NCBI RefSeq assembly: GCF_000829315.1
Contig: NZ_AP013028.1
Span: 1,110,001-1,142,000, forward strand
Reading direction: 5' to 3'
Source of the DNA: Wolbachia endosymbiont of Cimex lectularius
Lineage (GTDB): Bacteria; Pseudomonadota; Alphaproteobacteria; Rickettsiales; Anaplasmataceae
Length of the DNA stretch: 32,000 nucleotides
The notes beneath the pieces are model-generated. The model did no database searches, was not told where the DNA came from, and saw only the letters and a program-made list of their open reading frames with translations. Shown here one piece after another: positions 10,616-21,060 of this stretch (its first letter is position 1; the number at the start of each line of letters is the position of its first letter). The position numbers and the translations under genes were made by a program.

Positions 10616-10635
10616 AGTAGATTTCTTGTATTACC
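10616..10635 (+). repeat. Right copy of 20-bp direct repeat agtagatttcttgtattacc
   Basis: Perfect match to 10240-10259. Confidence 0.85.
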
Positions 10636-10708
10636 TCTTTTATCTCAGTACCTAGGTACTGAGATGATATCGGTTGTTGATTTGTCTCTCAACTAGAGGT
10701 TCAGGCAG

Positions 10709-11389
10709 CTATAGTAACGGGTTTTTAAGGTCGTTCACAGCTTTCTTCATATTTTCAGCTCTAAATATTGCTGACCCAGCGACCAAGATATCTGCACCTG
10801 CTTTTATTATATCGGTTGTGTTTAGGGTGCTCACTCCACCATCCACTGAAATTTGCGTTTTAAGATTACGCTCTTCTATCACTTTCTTCACAATAGATAT
10901 CTTGTGTAGCTGCGAATGGATAAACTCCTGTCCTCCAAATCCAGGGTTGACTGTCATAATCAGCACAATATCTAGTTCATGTATTACATACTCAAGCACA
11001 CTTGGAGAAGTTGAAGGAACGATCGAAACTCCAACTTGAATTGTTTTTTTTGTATCGTTTACGTTTTTGTATGACTTTATTTTTCTTACCAGTCTCTCAA
11101 GGTGTATCTCTGCTTCTGCATGTATAGTGATAATATCAGCACCAGCATTTATAAAGCTTTCAATATGGTCACCAGGAGATTTAACCATTAAGTGTACATC
11201 AAAAGGAAGATTGCTATACTTACGTATTGCAGAAACAACACCCGGACCAATTGTAATATTCGGAACGAAGTTTCCGTCCATAACGTCTATGTGTATATAA
11301 TCTACACCTAAATCGCTAATTTTTCTTACTTCTTCCCCTAATTTTGCAAAGTCTGCTGAAAGTATAGAAGGTGCAATTTTAATACCCAT
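10709..11389 (-). CDS. rpe: ribulose-phosphate 3-epimerase
   Basis: IKIAPSILSADFAKLGEEV, YIHIDVMDGNFVPNITIGP, MTVNPGFGGQEFI, SVDGGVS, LVAGSAIF. Confidence 0.97.
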   Translation of the reverse strand: MGIKIAPSILSADFAKLGEEVRKISDLGVDYIHIDVMDGNFVPNITIGPGVVSAIRKYSNLPFDVHLMVKSPGDHIESFINAGADIITIHAEAEIHLERLVRKIKSYKNVNDTKKTIQVGVSIVPSTSPSVLEYVIHELDIVLIMTVNPGFGGQEFIHSQLHKISIVKKVIEERNLKTQISVDGGVSTLNTTDIIKAGADILVAGSAIFRAENMKKAVNDLKNPLL

Positions 11390-11564
11390 GGCTGTCTTCT
11401 TACTAAAAAATAAAAATAACTTATTTTTTAAACTCTGTCACCTTGACCACAAAACACAGAAAAAGTTGCATCCATGCTGGAATGATAAGGTCTTGCAAGA
11501 TAAACATCGTATTTACTGAAATACCTTGACTTCATGCGCGTTAAGAAGCATTTTATATACGTTG

Positions 11565-11638
11565 GTGCCCGTAGCTCAGCTGGATAGAGCAACAGCCTTC
11601 TAAGCTGTGGGTCGTAGGTTCGAATCCTACCGGGCACA
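11565..11638 (+). tRNA. tRNA-Arg (anticodon TCT)
   Basis: Cloverleaf: acceptor GTGCCCG/CGGGCAC; anticodon arm ACAGC CTTCTAA GCTGT; T arm GTAGG TTCGAAT CCTAC. Discriminator A is followed by CCA at 11639-11641. Confidence 0.97.
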
Positions 11639-11836
11639 CCACACATGTAGCGCACTACCCTGTGTTTTTACTTTGTCATGTAACTTCCAAACGTTTCTCC
11701 TGAAAATTTCTTACCATAAATTGGGTATGTATCTGTTCAGTGGAATGGTAAAATGAGATAGACAAGGTGCTCTAAAAAAAGTAATCATATAGTAAAAGTG
11801 AGTTTACAACAAATGGTGTCATCCCAGTGTCAAGCA

Positions 11837-12064
11837 CACAACTGTACGAACATTGCAATTAGCAGGTAATTTGCGTAACAAACAGTGTCATCCCAGTGCT
11901 CCGACACTGGGATCCAGCCTTTCCATAATCATCAAAACGTCGTATTTTAACATAAAACAGCTACTTTTATACTCACCAACTTAATAAAATTCCTGGATCC
12001 CAGTGTCAAGCACTGGCATGACACCCTCGTGATAGGCTTAAATCACAACGTTCGTACAGTTGTG
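11837..12064. repeat. Palindromic repeat, family A copy 3 (inverted relative to copy 2)
   Basis: cacaactgtacgaacattgcaattagcaggtaatttgcgtaac ... cttaaatcacaacgttcgtacagttgtg; largely the reverse complement of 10360-10588. Confidence 0.9.
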
Positions 12065-12148
12065 TGTAAGCTACTTACATGGCACCACTCTTGCTTCAAT
12101 ATTTACCACGCACCTGAATAGATAAATTAGGTATGTAAAAGATTTAAT

Positions 12149-12643
12149 CTATTTGATAGTTCCTTTCACAACAATCGTATCAAATAGCATATCGTGATAT
12201 GTCTGTTTTTTCTGAGAGAAGCAAGCAACCAAATACCAGCAGAGAGTGAGCAGCAACATAATTACTCGCAGTACGATTAAGGCACTTACTAACGCGTTTT
12301 GTTCTTGGAAAAGCTCGATGAGGATAGCTATTACGTTGTTTAATAGATGAAGAAAAAACTGAGAGATGCTTCTATCAAATGCTAAACTCAAGTCTATTTT
12401 AGAACCGTCTAGGCTTATGGTATGTATGTTCATTAACTGCTGACCGGGAGTTGCCTGAGCTGCTGAAGATATAAAATATGTGAAGTAACTGCAATTTACA
12501 CACATATATGATAGATCTAAAATTAACGGAAAATTCTTTAACAATAGTATGATTAATAAGTTTAGAATTAGTAAAATTGCCACATCTATTAAATATGCAC
12601 AAAAGCGCCTTTTGATACTGGCAATTTCCATAACAGTAGTCAT
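12149..12643 (-). CDS. RDD family membrane protein
   Basis: KRRFCAYLIDVAILLILNLLIILLL, AQATPGQQLMNIHTISLDG: RDD-type topology and motif. Confidence 0.82.
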   Translation of the reverse strand: MTTVMEIASIKRRFCAYLIDVAILLILNLLIILLLKNFPLILDLSYMCVNCSYFTYFISSAAQATPGQQLMNIHTISLDGSKIDLSLAFDRSISQFFLHLLNNVIAILIELFQEQNALVSALIVLRVIMLLLTLCWYLVACFSQKKQTYHDMLFDTIVVKGTIK

Positions 12644-13281
12644 TACTTATCTTTTAAATATTTTATTATAAAATCTGTAAGTTTATCAAAATGTTGAAAA
12701 CATAACAAATCTTCGTATCCACTTATTGATTGGCCGTATACAATTGGTAAACAATTAGCATTTTGTGCACATAAAATATCTGTGATACTGTCACCAATAA
12801 AAAACACATTTTCTTTATTTATAGGCAACGTACTCTCTTCTAGTGCAAATAGCAGTGGGGTTGCAGATGGTTTATCTTCTGCAGTATCGCATGAACCAAC
12901 TACTCTCTCAAAGTAAGAGTCTAGCTTAAAATAGGCTACTTCTTCACGTAAATTATTGTTTTTCTTATTACTTACTATTGTTAGATAGATATTATGGCTT
13001 TTCAACGTCTGCAACATTTCCTCTACTCCTTGATTTAGAGTAATGTTTTGCAACAGTGCATTATCTAGGTACTGTTGGTATATCTGATTCGCTTTTTTCC
13101 ACTGATCGCCAAATAAATTGACCATGTAGCTCTTTCTCGACTCATGGGAATTTCTATCAGCAGCTTTATTACTGTACCCCATTGAGTCTAAGGTATGCTT
13201 AATGGCATTAGAAATATTGTCTTGGGTGTCAACTAAGGTATTATCCCAGTCAAATACTACTGCTAATGGGCTATTTTTCAT
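12643..13281 (-). CDS. HAD family hydrolase (phosphoglycolate phosphatase-like)
   Basis: VFDWDNTLVDTQDNI (DxDxT), TIVSNKKNNNLREEV, VFFIGDSITDILCAQNA. Confidence 0.88.
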   Translation of the reverse strand: MKNSPLAVVFDWDNTLVDTQDNISNAIKHTLDSMGYSNKAADRNSHESRKSYMVNLFGDQWKKANQIYQQYLDNALLQNITLNQGVEEMLQTLKSHNIYLTIVSNKKNNNLREEVAYFKLDSYFERVVGSCDTAEDKPSATPLLFALEESTLPINKENVFFIGDSITDILCAQNANCLPIVYGQSISGYEDLLCFQHFDKLTDFIIKYLKDK

Positions 13282-13451
13282 TTCTACATTGTTACGTATT
13301 TTAGGTTAATAAGTAAATAACATTTTGATGAAAAAAATATAAATGGAACGCTCTTGATGATCACAAGAAACACTATTTATTGCAAGTTGTGTTAACCATT
13401 TCTACATAATGAGCTAATACACTGGTTTTATAAGCTTTATTAGGAGTAGGT

Positions 13452-14317
13452 ATGACTGAAGTTAAAGATACACCTCAAACAGGTGTCGAAAAAAAATTTA
13501 AGATGTTTTTGGGCGTTCCTCAGGTCCTTTCCCAGAAGGAGCTTCATTAGAAGAAAAGGTTAATTACATCACAAAAGGAACAAAGGCTCTTAAGGCTATA
13601 AAAGGTAAAGAGCTTGAGAATAAAATGAAGAACGTTGTTGAACTAAACAAAGAGCTTGAAAGTCGAAAGAGCCATGCAGCTGAAAAAGTACATTAAGATT
13701 TCGAAAGAATTGCTGAGCTTGACCGCCAATATAAAGGCAAGGGTATTTTCAGAAGTGAAAAAGTTGCAGGACCAAAAAGTGACAAAGAACTCCAAGACAC
13801 TTCGAAAAAGCCTACAGTAGAAGGTAAAAGCTTTGAGCAAAGTGGACAAAAAGAGACTTCTGTGCAAGCACAACTATCGGTGAATGCGGAGGCTCAAGCT
13901 CTGTCGGAATCTAAATCACAGGCTGTTGATCTCTCTTTGATGAGTAGAAGTCCTATAAGAGAGAAATACAGTGATAAAAAGCCTGGGTTGAATAAAGAAG
14001 ACAATGTGCCTCAAGAAAATCAAAAAGAAGAAGGGCTTTTTAGTCTTCTAAAGCGCTTTGTTAAGAAGGTACTAGAAAAACTTTTGGGTGAAGACGAAAA
14101 GAGTGTAGACAACGCTTATGGCATGAAAGGAGCTATTCAGAGAGATGTGTTAGATAACGAGGCGCAACAACAGGGCAAGCACTTCAATAACATTCTAAGT
14201 CAAGACCGAACCATAAGCAAGGGTTTAGAGCAAGTAGCAACACAACTTGAGAATTCTACGATAACGCCTGTCAATACTCCTAAAGTGAATGAAGTAAGCG
14301 CGGGTCATGAAAGATGA
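13452..14317 (+). pseudogene. Hydrophilic lineage-type hypothetical protein, disrupted by one frameshift and one in-frame stop
   Basis: MTEVKDTPQTGVEKKFKMF (frame 0), then after a presumed loss of one T near 13505: GRSSGPFPEGASLEEKVNYITKGTKALKAIKGKELENKMKN...AAEKVH*DFERIAELDRQYKGKGIFRSEK... continuing into the 13862-14317 ORF in the same frame. Confidence 0.8.
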
Positions 14318-14456
14318 TCCGCTTGACTTCAGTGATTTGGAAAAGCATTTGACTATGCAATATGCTGTATAGCTACATTAGATTTATTGCTTAACTTAAG
14401 CTAAAGGCAATTACTTTTGGCATTTTTTATGTGCTCTAAAATTGCCTTAGCTATAA

Positions 14457-14894
14457 ACGTTAAGAAATTTACCAAGCGAGAAAAAAGCAAAAGAAGCCCT
14501 AGTCAGTATTTATTTTTAGTATTGGCGTTTTTATGCCTTAAACGCTGCAATTTAGCTGCTTTTAAACGCAACTAGTCTAAGCTATAATATTTAAGAAATT
14601 TACCAGACAGGGAAAAAGGACAATAAAACCCCGAGGTAGCTAGTTATTCCACTCTCTATTTTAAAATCCGGCGTTGGGTGATGTCTTAAACGACTTATAA
14701 GCGCGTTTCAGCTTGTATGGGTAAAAACCCGAAGTTTTTAAAAAGACATGCAGTGCACATAGTGCGAAAAATTAAACAATAGTACGCCAAATACAAGTTT
14801 TCTTGTCATTTTAACCTGTACAGATTGGGAAGTTAAACAAATAGCTTCAGTATCATTATAAGGGTAACGGCGAAGGTTGTCAAGTAGTTTTTAC
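14457..14894 (+). repeat. Dispersed intergenic repeat, family B copy 2
   Basis: taagaaatttaccaagcgagaaaaaagcaaaagaagccc ... cttaaacgacttataagcgcgtttcagcttgtatgggtaaaa ... gcgaaggttgtcaagtagttttt; shared with 3161-3530 and 25659-26040. Confidence 0.85.
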
Positions 14895-14913
14895 CTAAGT
14901 GATGCTCAGTATG

Positions 14914-17373
14914 CTAATGCTTTAGTGTTTCTAAGCCAGAAAAATTATCGTCTTCATTTTTTACAGAGGAAGATGGTGTATTGCTTCCATTATCGCTTTC
15001 AATTGGAACAGTAGGCTGTATCAAAGCAATTTTTATAACCTCATCAATGTTCTTGACAAAAACTACGTTGATCTTTTCCTTAATATTTGCTGGGGTTTCT
15101 TGCATATCCTTCTCATTTTCGCTAGGTATAATCACAGTCTTGATTGATACTCTGAGTGCTGCGAGTAATTTTTCTCTCAAGCCTCCAATAGCTAAAACTC
15201 TACCACGCAGTGTCACTTCACCTGTCATAGCAACACTTTTGTCAACTGGTATGTTTGTCATAAGAGAAACAATGGACGTACATATTGCACTACCAGCAGA
15301 AGGTCCATCCTTTGGTACAGCGCCCTCAGGTAGATGCAAATGTATATCATTGTTTTGAAATTTTTCAGGCTTTATGCCAAAGAATAGACAATTTGATCGA
15401 ATATAACTATACGCAGCCTTTATGGATTCTTGCATAACCTCTCCAAGTTTCCCCGTATATTTTATTTCCCCCTTACCTGGAATCAAAACTGACTCTATCA
15501 TTAAAATATCACCACCTGTTTCAGTGTAGGCTAGTCCAGTTACTACCCCTACTAAACTCTCATTTTCTGCAATACCAAAGGTATATTTACGCACCCCTAA
15601 ATAACCTTGTAAATTGTTAACTCCCACACATATTTTCTTATTTTTACCTTCTAATATTTCTTTCACCGCCTTTCTCATGAGCTTTGCAAGCTCCCTTTCC
15701 ATACTGCGAACACCACTTTCACGTGTATATAAACGTATCAACTCATACAGTGCATCGTTAGTTATACTCCATTCTTTCTGGCGCAAACCATGCTCTTGCT
15801 TTAATTTGGGAATTATATGATACTTAGCAATATTAATTTTTTCATCTTCTGTATAACCAGATAATTGTATGATTTCCATCCTATCATGCAAAGGGTGTGG
15901 TAAATTCAAGCTGTTTGCTGTAGCCACAAACATTACACTTGAAAGATCAAACTCAACTTCTAAGTAATGGTCAGTAAAGTGCTTGTTGTGTTCAGTGTCC
16001 AAAACCTCAAGCAACGCAGATGCAGGGTCACCACGCGAATCAGAACCCATCTTATCTATTTCATCAAGTAAAAAAAGTGGGTTGCACGAATTAGCTTTTT
16101 TCATGTGTTGAATGACTTTGCCGGGCATTGAGCCAATATAAGTTTTTCTATGGCCACGTATTTCAGATTCATCACGCACACCACCAAGAGCTATGCGAAC
16201 AAAATCTCTTCCTACTGCCCTTGCCATAGACCTAGCTAAAGAAGTTTTACCAACACCAGGTGGTCCCAATAAGCAAAGTATAGGACCCTTGATCTCTTTT
16301 ACTCTCTTTAACACCGCCAAAAACTCTATTATTCTATCTTTTACCTTCTCTATGCCATAGTGATTTTCATCTAAGATTTTTTTAGCTGCATTTAAATTAA
16401 TTTTTGCATCTTTGTATTTTCCCCATGGCAGATCAAGCAACCAATACAGATAATTAGATATAACTGTAGCTTCAGGAGAAATGGGGTTCATTTTCTTATA
16501 TCTTTTCAACTCAGTTAAAGCTTTCTCCCTTGCTTCCTGAGAAAGCTTTGTTTCTTCTATCTTTTTTTCAAATTCATTTATTATATTTCCTTCTTCTCCA
16601 TTCTCAAATTCGCCCAATTCTTTCTGTATAGCTTTCAATTGCTCATTGAGGTAGTAGGCTTTCTGAGTGCTTTCAACTTGTGATTTAATTGTTTTATATA
16701 AACGGTTTTGTGCATTCAAAATGCTGATTTCTCTCTCAATAAAAGTAAAAGTTTTTCTTAAACGTTCCCCCGGACCATAAGTCTCAAGTATGCTTTGTTT
16801 ATCTGATGCTTTTATATTCAAATATAAAACTATCGTGTCTACAAGCAGATCAATTTCTTTGATCTGCTCAACGGGATTAACAATAATATCAGGCTGGTTT
16901 TTCTTGTTCAGTTTACACCAGCTATCAAACGCACCTATAACAGATCGCCTTAAAGCTTCCAGATCGACATTATCCTCATCTTCCTCGTATTCATGATAAT
17001 TATCCAATTCTACTCTAGCCTGTAATAAAGCATGAGAGTCGATATACTCAACAGCTCTTCCTCTGCTGACTCCTTGGATTACAACTTTTACCGCATTATC
17101 AGGCAATTTTATCAATGGCTGTACAATATTTGCTAGCACACCTACTTCATAAAGATCTTGTGGCTCTGGGTTGTCAAGAGAGCCATCTTGCTGTGCCACA
17201 AGAAAAATCTTATTTTGGTGACTACTATTATTAATTGCATACTCTAATGCATTAATAGATTTTTCTCTGCCTATAAATAAAGGTACCACTACACTTGGAA
17301 AAATTACTACATCTCTTAAAGGCAATACCGGCAATGTAGCAAAATTAGAGTCCATAGCATACTCAATGTTCAT
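14914..17373 (-). CDS. lon: ATP-dependent protease La
   Basis: 819 aa; LPLRDVVIFPSVVVPLFIGREKS, GPPGVGKTSLARSMARA, DEIDKMGSDSRGDPASALLEVLD, catalytic PKDGPSAGSAICTSI. Confidence 0.98.
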   Translation of the reverse strand: MNIEYAMDSNFATLPVLPLRDVVIFPSVVVPLFIGREKSINALEYAINNSSHQNKIFLVAQQDGSLDNPEPQDLYEVGVLANIVQPLIKLPDNAVKVVIQGVSRGRAVEYIDSHALLQARVELDNYHEYEEDEDNVDLEALRRSVIGAFDSWCKLNKKNQPDIIVNPVEQIKEIDLLVDTIVLYLNIKASDKQSILETYGPGERLRKTFTFIEREISILNAQNRLYKTIKSQVESTQKAYYLNEQLKAIQKELGEFENGEEGNIINEFEKKIEETKLSQEAREKALTELKRYKKMNPISPEATVISNYLYWLLDLPWGKYKDAKINLNAAKKILDENHYGIEKVKDRIIEFLAVLKRVKEIKGPILCLLGPPGVGKTSLARSMARAVGRDFVRIALGGVRDESEIRGHRKTYIGSMPGKVIQHMKKANSCNPLFLLDEIDKMGSDSRGDPASALLEVLDTEHNKHFTDHYLEVEFDLSSVMFVATANSLNLPHPLHDRMEIIQLSGYTEDEKINIAKYHIIPKLKQEHGLRQKEWSITNDALYELIRLYTRESGVRSMERELAKLMRKAVKEILEGKNKKICVGVNNLQGYLGVRKYTFGIAENESLVGVVTGLAYTETGGDILMIESVLIPGKGEIKYTGKLGEVMQESIKAAYSYIRSNCLFFGIKPEKFQNNDIHLHLPEGAVPKDGPSAGSAICTSIVSLMTNIPVDKSVAMTGEVTLRGRVLAIGGLREKLLAALRVSIKTVIIPSENEKDMQETPANIKEKINVVFVKNIDEVIKIALIQPTVPIESDNGSNTPSSSVKNEDDNFSGLETLKH

Positions 17374-17394
17374 AATACATGCTCAAATTAACCA

Positions 17395-18672
17395 TTAACC
17401 TACTGCTACAATGTCACCCTTGTTGCCACGATTGATTACTACTTTTCCTGATTCCACCATTTCCTTAGTAACTACTATTGTACTACCTTCAAAACCCCCG
17501 TTTCCAACTGTATACATAACATCAAGCAAAAGTGACTCTAAAATAGCACGTAACATTCTTGCACCTGTTTTATAACTCATAGCTTTTTCAGCAATAGCTG
17601 ATACTGCGTTATCTGAAAATTCAAGATTTACTTTGCTAAACGCAAGTAGTGCTTTGTATTGTTTTATTAGTGCATTCCTTGGCTCTATCAGTACATGTAC
17701 TAAATCTTCGTGGTCTAACTCATCTAAAACAGCAGTTATTGGAACACGCCCTACGAACTCCGGTATCAAACCGAATTTAATTAAATCTTCGGGTTGAACA
17801 TCACGTAAAGTATTTTTTTTCCTTTGCTCTTTAGATTGACTGATATCTGCTCCAAAGCCAACTGATGTTCCTTTCTTTCTTGCTTCAATGATCTTATTTA
17901 AACCTTCAAAAGCTCCCCCACAAATAAACAGTATATTATTAGTATCCACTTGTACAAATTCCTGTTGCGGGTGTTTCCGTCCTCCCTGTGGAGGAACGTA
18001 AGCAACTGTGCCTTCCATAATCTTAAGTAGAGCTTGTTGGACTCCTTCGCCTGAAACGTCACGTGTTATCGAAGTACCTTCAGATTTCCTTGTGATTTTA
18101 TCTATTTCATCTATAAACACTATACCACGTTGTGCCTTTGCAACATCGTAATTTGCTGCTTGCAATAGACGCGATAACACGCTTTCCACATCATCACCTA
18201 CATAACCTGCTTCAGTCAAAGTTGTTGCATCAGCCATCGCGAACGGCACATCTGAAACTTTAGCGAGTGTTTTGGCTAGCAAGGTTTTACCAGAACCAGT
18301 AGGACCAATGAGCATTACATTCGATTTTTCGATTTCAACATCGCTTATAGAGTGAAATTGTGCCATAGACTGACAATGGTTATACATCGCTACAGACAAA
18401 ATATGTTGTGCATGTTCTTGACCAACAACATGCTTACTAAGAAAATTTTTTATATCTTCAGGTTTTTTTAGTAGTAACTTCACATCAGACATATAATCTG
18501 AATTAAATGCCCCACTTTTCTTTTGGCTTATTGCTCTGTGAGATAACTCTATGCACTCATTGCAAATAAACACTTTCAAACCGTCTGAAGAATTAGTAAT
18601 TAACTTATCTACTTCGTTTTGTGCTTTGTTGCAAAAAGAACAGTAGTGTAAATCATCATTGTTATCCATCAA
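17395..18672 (-). CDS. clpX: ATP-dependent Clp protease ATP-binding subunit ClpX
   Basis: [15 protein letters not shown] zinc-binding domain, [24 protein letters not shown], sensor-2 [10 protein letters not shown]. Confidence 0.98.
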   Translation of the reverse strand: MMDNNDDLHYCSFCNKAQNEVDKLITNSSDGLKVFICNECIELSHRAISQKKSGAFNSDYMSDVKLLLKKPEDIKNFLSKHVVGQEHAQHILSVAMYNHCQSMAQFHSISDVEIEKSNVMLIGPTGSGKTLLAKTLAKVSDVPFAMADATTLTEAGYVGDDVESVLSRLLQAANYDVAKAQRGIVFIDEIDKITRKSEGTSITRDVSGEGVQQALLKIMEGTVAYVPPQGGRKHPQQEFVQVDTNNILFICGGAFEGLNKIIEARKKGTSVGFGADISQSKEQRKKNTLRDVQPEDLIKFGLIPEFVGRVPITAVLDELDHEDLVHVLIEPRNALIKQYKALLAFSKVNLEFSDNAVSAIAEKAMSYKTGARMLRAILESLLLDVMYTVGNGGFEGSTIVVTKEMVESGKVVINRGNKGDIVAVG

Positions 18673-19295
18673 TTCACCTTTTGTCCAACTCTAATACTTT
18701 CAATCTTAATATCTTTACGCTCAGCTATCACTCTGTCAACCAAGCCAATTTTCCTTGCTTCTTCAGGATCCATGAATTTATCTCTTTCCATCATTCTTTC
18801 AATTTGCTTCAGTGAACTTCCAGTATGCTTTTCATAAATCTGATTTAGTTTTTTCTTAATTCGCAAAATTTCATTAGCATGTATTTCTATATCAGTTGCC
18901 TGACCCTGATAACCACCAGATGGCTGATGTATCATAATTCTTGAATGAGGCAGAGAGTAACGCTTACCTTCTGTGCCAGCTGCAAGCAACAGAGAGCCCA
19001 TAGATGCAGCTTGACCTATACACAAAGTTGAAACATCTGGTTTTATATACTGCATTGTATCATAGATCGACAAACCAGCAGTTACAACGCCACCTGGCGA
19101 GTTAATATACATATAAATGTCTTTATCGGGGTTTTCCGATTCTAAAAATAAAAGCTGTGCTACTATTACGCTGGCCATGTTGTCCTCAATAGGACCAGTT
19201 ACAAAAATTATTCTTTCCTTCACTAACCTCGAATATATGTCATAGGCACGTTCACCACGACTAGTTTGCTCAATTACAATTGGTATAAGAGTCAT
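18669..19295 (-). CDS. clpP: ATP-dependent Clp protease proteolytic subunit
   Basis: [30 protein letters not shown]-like N-term, [16 protein letters not shown] (Ser), [12 protein letters not shown] (His). 4-bp overlap with clpX. Confidence 0.98.
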   Translation of the reverse strand: MTLIPIVIEQTSRGERAYDIYSRLVKERIIFVTGPIEDNMASVIVAQLLFLESENPDKDIYMYINSPGGVVTAGLSIYDTMQYIKPDVSTLCIGQAASMGSLLLAAGTEGKRYSLPHSRIMIHQPSGGYQGQATDIEIHANEILRIKKKLNQIYEKHTGSSLKQIERMMERDKFMDPEEARKIGLVDRVIAERKDIKIESIRVGQKVN

Positions 19296-19306
19296 ACCTT
19301 TTCCTA

Positions 19307-20650
19307 CTAAATATTATCAAATAATTCCTTTAACCCTTCCACAGAAACAATCTGCTCTTCTTTATTGACTTTTTCTATTATATAATCTGTAACTTTATGC
19401 TCAAGAGCTTGCCCTCTAACTAACTCCTGAAATTGCCTGTTTGAGCTAAAATGTTTCAATACTCTATTAAACGGTACATCTTCATTGACATACTGATTCA
19501 GAATAACATTTAAAACATCATTTTGAGTTAATGATATTTCATGTTCTGTACTGAACTTCATAAATAACATTGCAAGCTTTACTCGTCTTTCAGCTTCTTT
19601 ACAAGAGTCATCTTTAGAGTTCAACTCTTTTTCTACTCTCTGCTGTTCCTGTTTTACTACGTCTGTAGGCAAATCAAAGCTGTAACTAGCATCCAAACAA
19701 TCAAATAGTTCCTTCTTAATTAAGAGGTCTCCCATTTCTTTACACTGGTCATCAATTACTTCTTTTGCATGATTTATTAGCGAAGAATAATCTTCAAAAC
19801 CAATCCTCCTAGCTACTTCATCATCACTGCCAAAATCTTCTGCAATCTCAATATCATTAACTCGGACAGAAAAAGTAGCCTCTTGTCCCGCAAGGGAAAT
19901 TACCTGGTAATCTTTAGGAAATTTCAACTTAAAGCTTTTTGTTTCTCCTTTTTTCACGCCAATTAATTGATCTTCAAAACCATTGATAAACTCGCCGGAC
20001 CCTAAATTAACAGCAAAATTTTTGCCACTTCCACCTTGAAAGAGTTTGTTTCTAATCTGCCCTTCAAAGTCAATTATCAGTTTATCCCCATTTTTTGCTT
20101 GATAAGAATCATCATCAACAGAGATAAGATTAGGAAATTTTGTTTTTATAGAATCAATAAATTCTTTTATGTCTCCCTCTTCGATTTTTGCCTCAAATTT
20201 CTTCAAATTTATTTTATCAAGGTCTATTGTTGGCACTTCTGGCATTGACTCAAAAGACAGCTTGTACACAAAATCGCCTTTCTCATCCTTTTTATCCAGA
20301 TCTGGTAATGATATAATATCAACCTTAGGATGAATATGAGACTTAACTTCAATTTTTTTCATTAAATCACTTGAGCAATAGTCAATTGTATTACTCACTA
20401 CATATTCCAAAGCCTCACTTTTATAATTTGTAACAACAAGATCATAAGGCGTCTTTCCGGATCTAAATCCAGGCAATTTTGCATTCTTCGCTATCTCTTG
20501 TAATCTAGAATTCATCTTTTGTTCTATATCATCACTACTAACTGTGATTTCATACTCATGCTTTAGTTTATCTACACTAAGCTTCTTATAGGTATACATA
20601 TTACTTGATGTATCTACTTCGACTGCATTTTGAGGTATGTTACTAGACAT
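19307..20650 (-). CDS. tig: trigger factor
   Basis: PPIase-type [12 protein letters not shown]...[32 protein letters not shown]; N-terminal [13 protein letters not shown]. Confidence 0.95.
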   Translation of the reverse strand: MSSNIPQNAVEVDTSSNMYTYKKLSVDKLKHEYEITVSSDDIEQKMNSRLQEIAKNAKLPGFRSGKTPYDLVVTNYKSEALEYVVSNTIDYCSSDLMKKIEVKSHIHPKVDIISLPDLDKKDEKGDFVYKLSFESMPEVPTIDLDKINLKKFEAKIEEGDIKEFIDSIKTKFPNLISVDDDSYQAKNGDKLIIDFEGQIRNKLFQGGSGKNFAVNLGSGEFINGFEDQLIGVKKGETKSFKLKFPKDYQVISLAGQEATFSVRVNDIEIAEDFGSDDEVARRIGFEDYSSLINHAKEVIDDQCKEMGDLLIKKELFDCLDASYSFDLPTDVVKQEQQRVEKELNSKDDSCKEAERRVKLAMLFMKFSTEHEISLTQNDVLNVILNQYVNEDVPFNRVLKHFSSNRQFQELVRGQALEHKVTDYIIEKVNKEEQIVSVEGLKELFDNI

Positions 20651-20808
20651 TATAACCCATTTATCAATGTTTTAATTTATATTTTTATAAAGCCATTTTA
20701 CCAGAATCTCGGTGAAATACAATCCTTAAGAACGAGTTTTTACACAAACATTAGAGTGTATTTAGTAATTATAAACCTTTTTTTTAAATCCAAGTACATG
20801 ATTTTGAG

Positions 20809-20890
20809 TGCGGATAGAGGGACTTGAACCCCCACGAGCAAGCTCACCAGGACCTAAACCTGGCACGTCTACCAATTCCGCCATATCCGC
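20809..20890 (-). tRNA. tRNA-Leu (anticodon TAG)
   Basis: Reverse complement gcggatatggcggaattggtagacgtgccaggtttaggtcctggtgagcttgctcgtgggggttcaagtccctctatccgca folds as a class II tRNA; acceptor GCGGATA/TATCCGC, anticodon loop GTTTAGG. Confidence 0.96.
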
Positions 20891-21060
20891 AAGAATTTTT
20901 CAGTAACTTATAGCTAACACAAGCTATTCCTATCATTCCATTATAAGTACCGTCTTAAAAATACTCAAGGTCTAAAGTCTTATTTAATTTATAGTATTTA
21001 CACAATCAAAAAAGCTTATTAACATTTCTTAATGAAAATTCTAAACCCTGAAAATCAATA

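Noticed and set aside
11428-11655. Minus-strand ORF MRYMCGVPGRIRTYDPQLRRLLLYPAELRAPTY...
   Set aside because: Its N-terminal half is the antisense translation of the tRNA-Arg gene, a frequent spurious annotation.
14914-20650. tig-clpP-clpX-lon cluster as an unusual proteolysis island
   Set aside because: This order is a common bacterial housekeeping arrangement.
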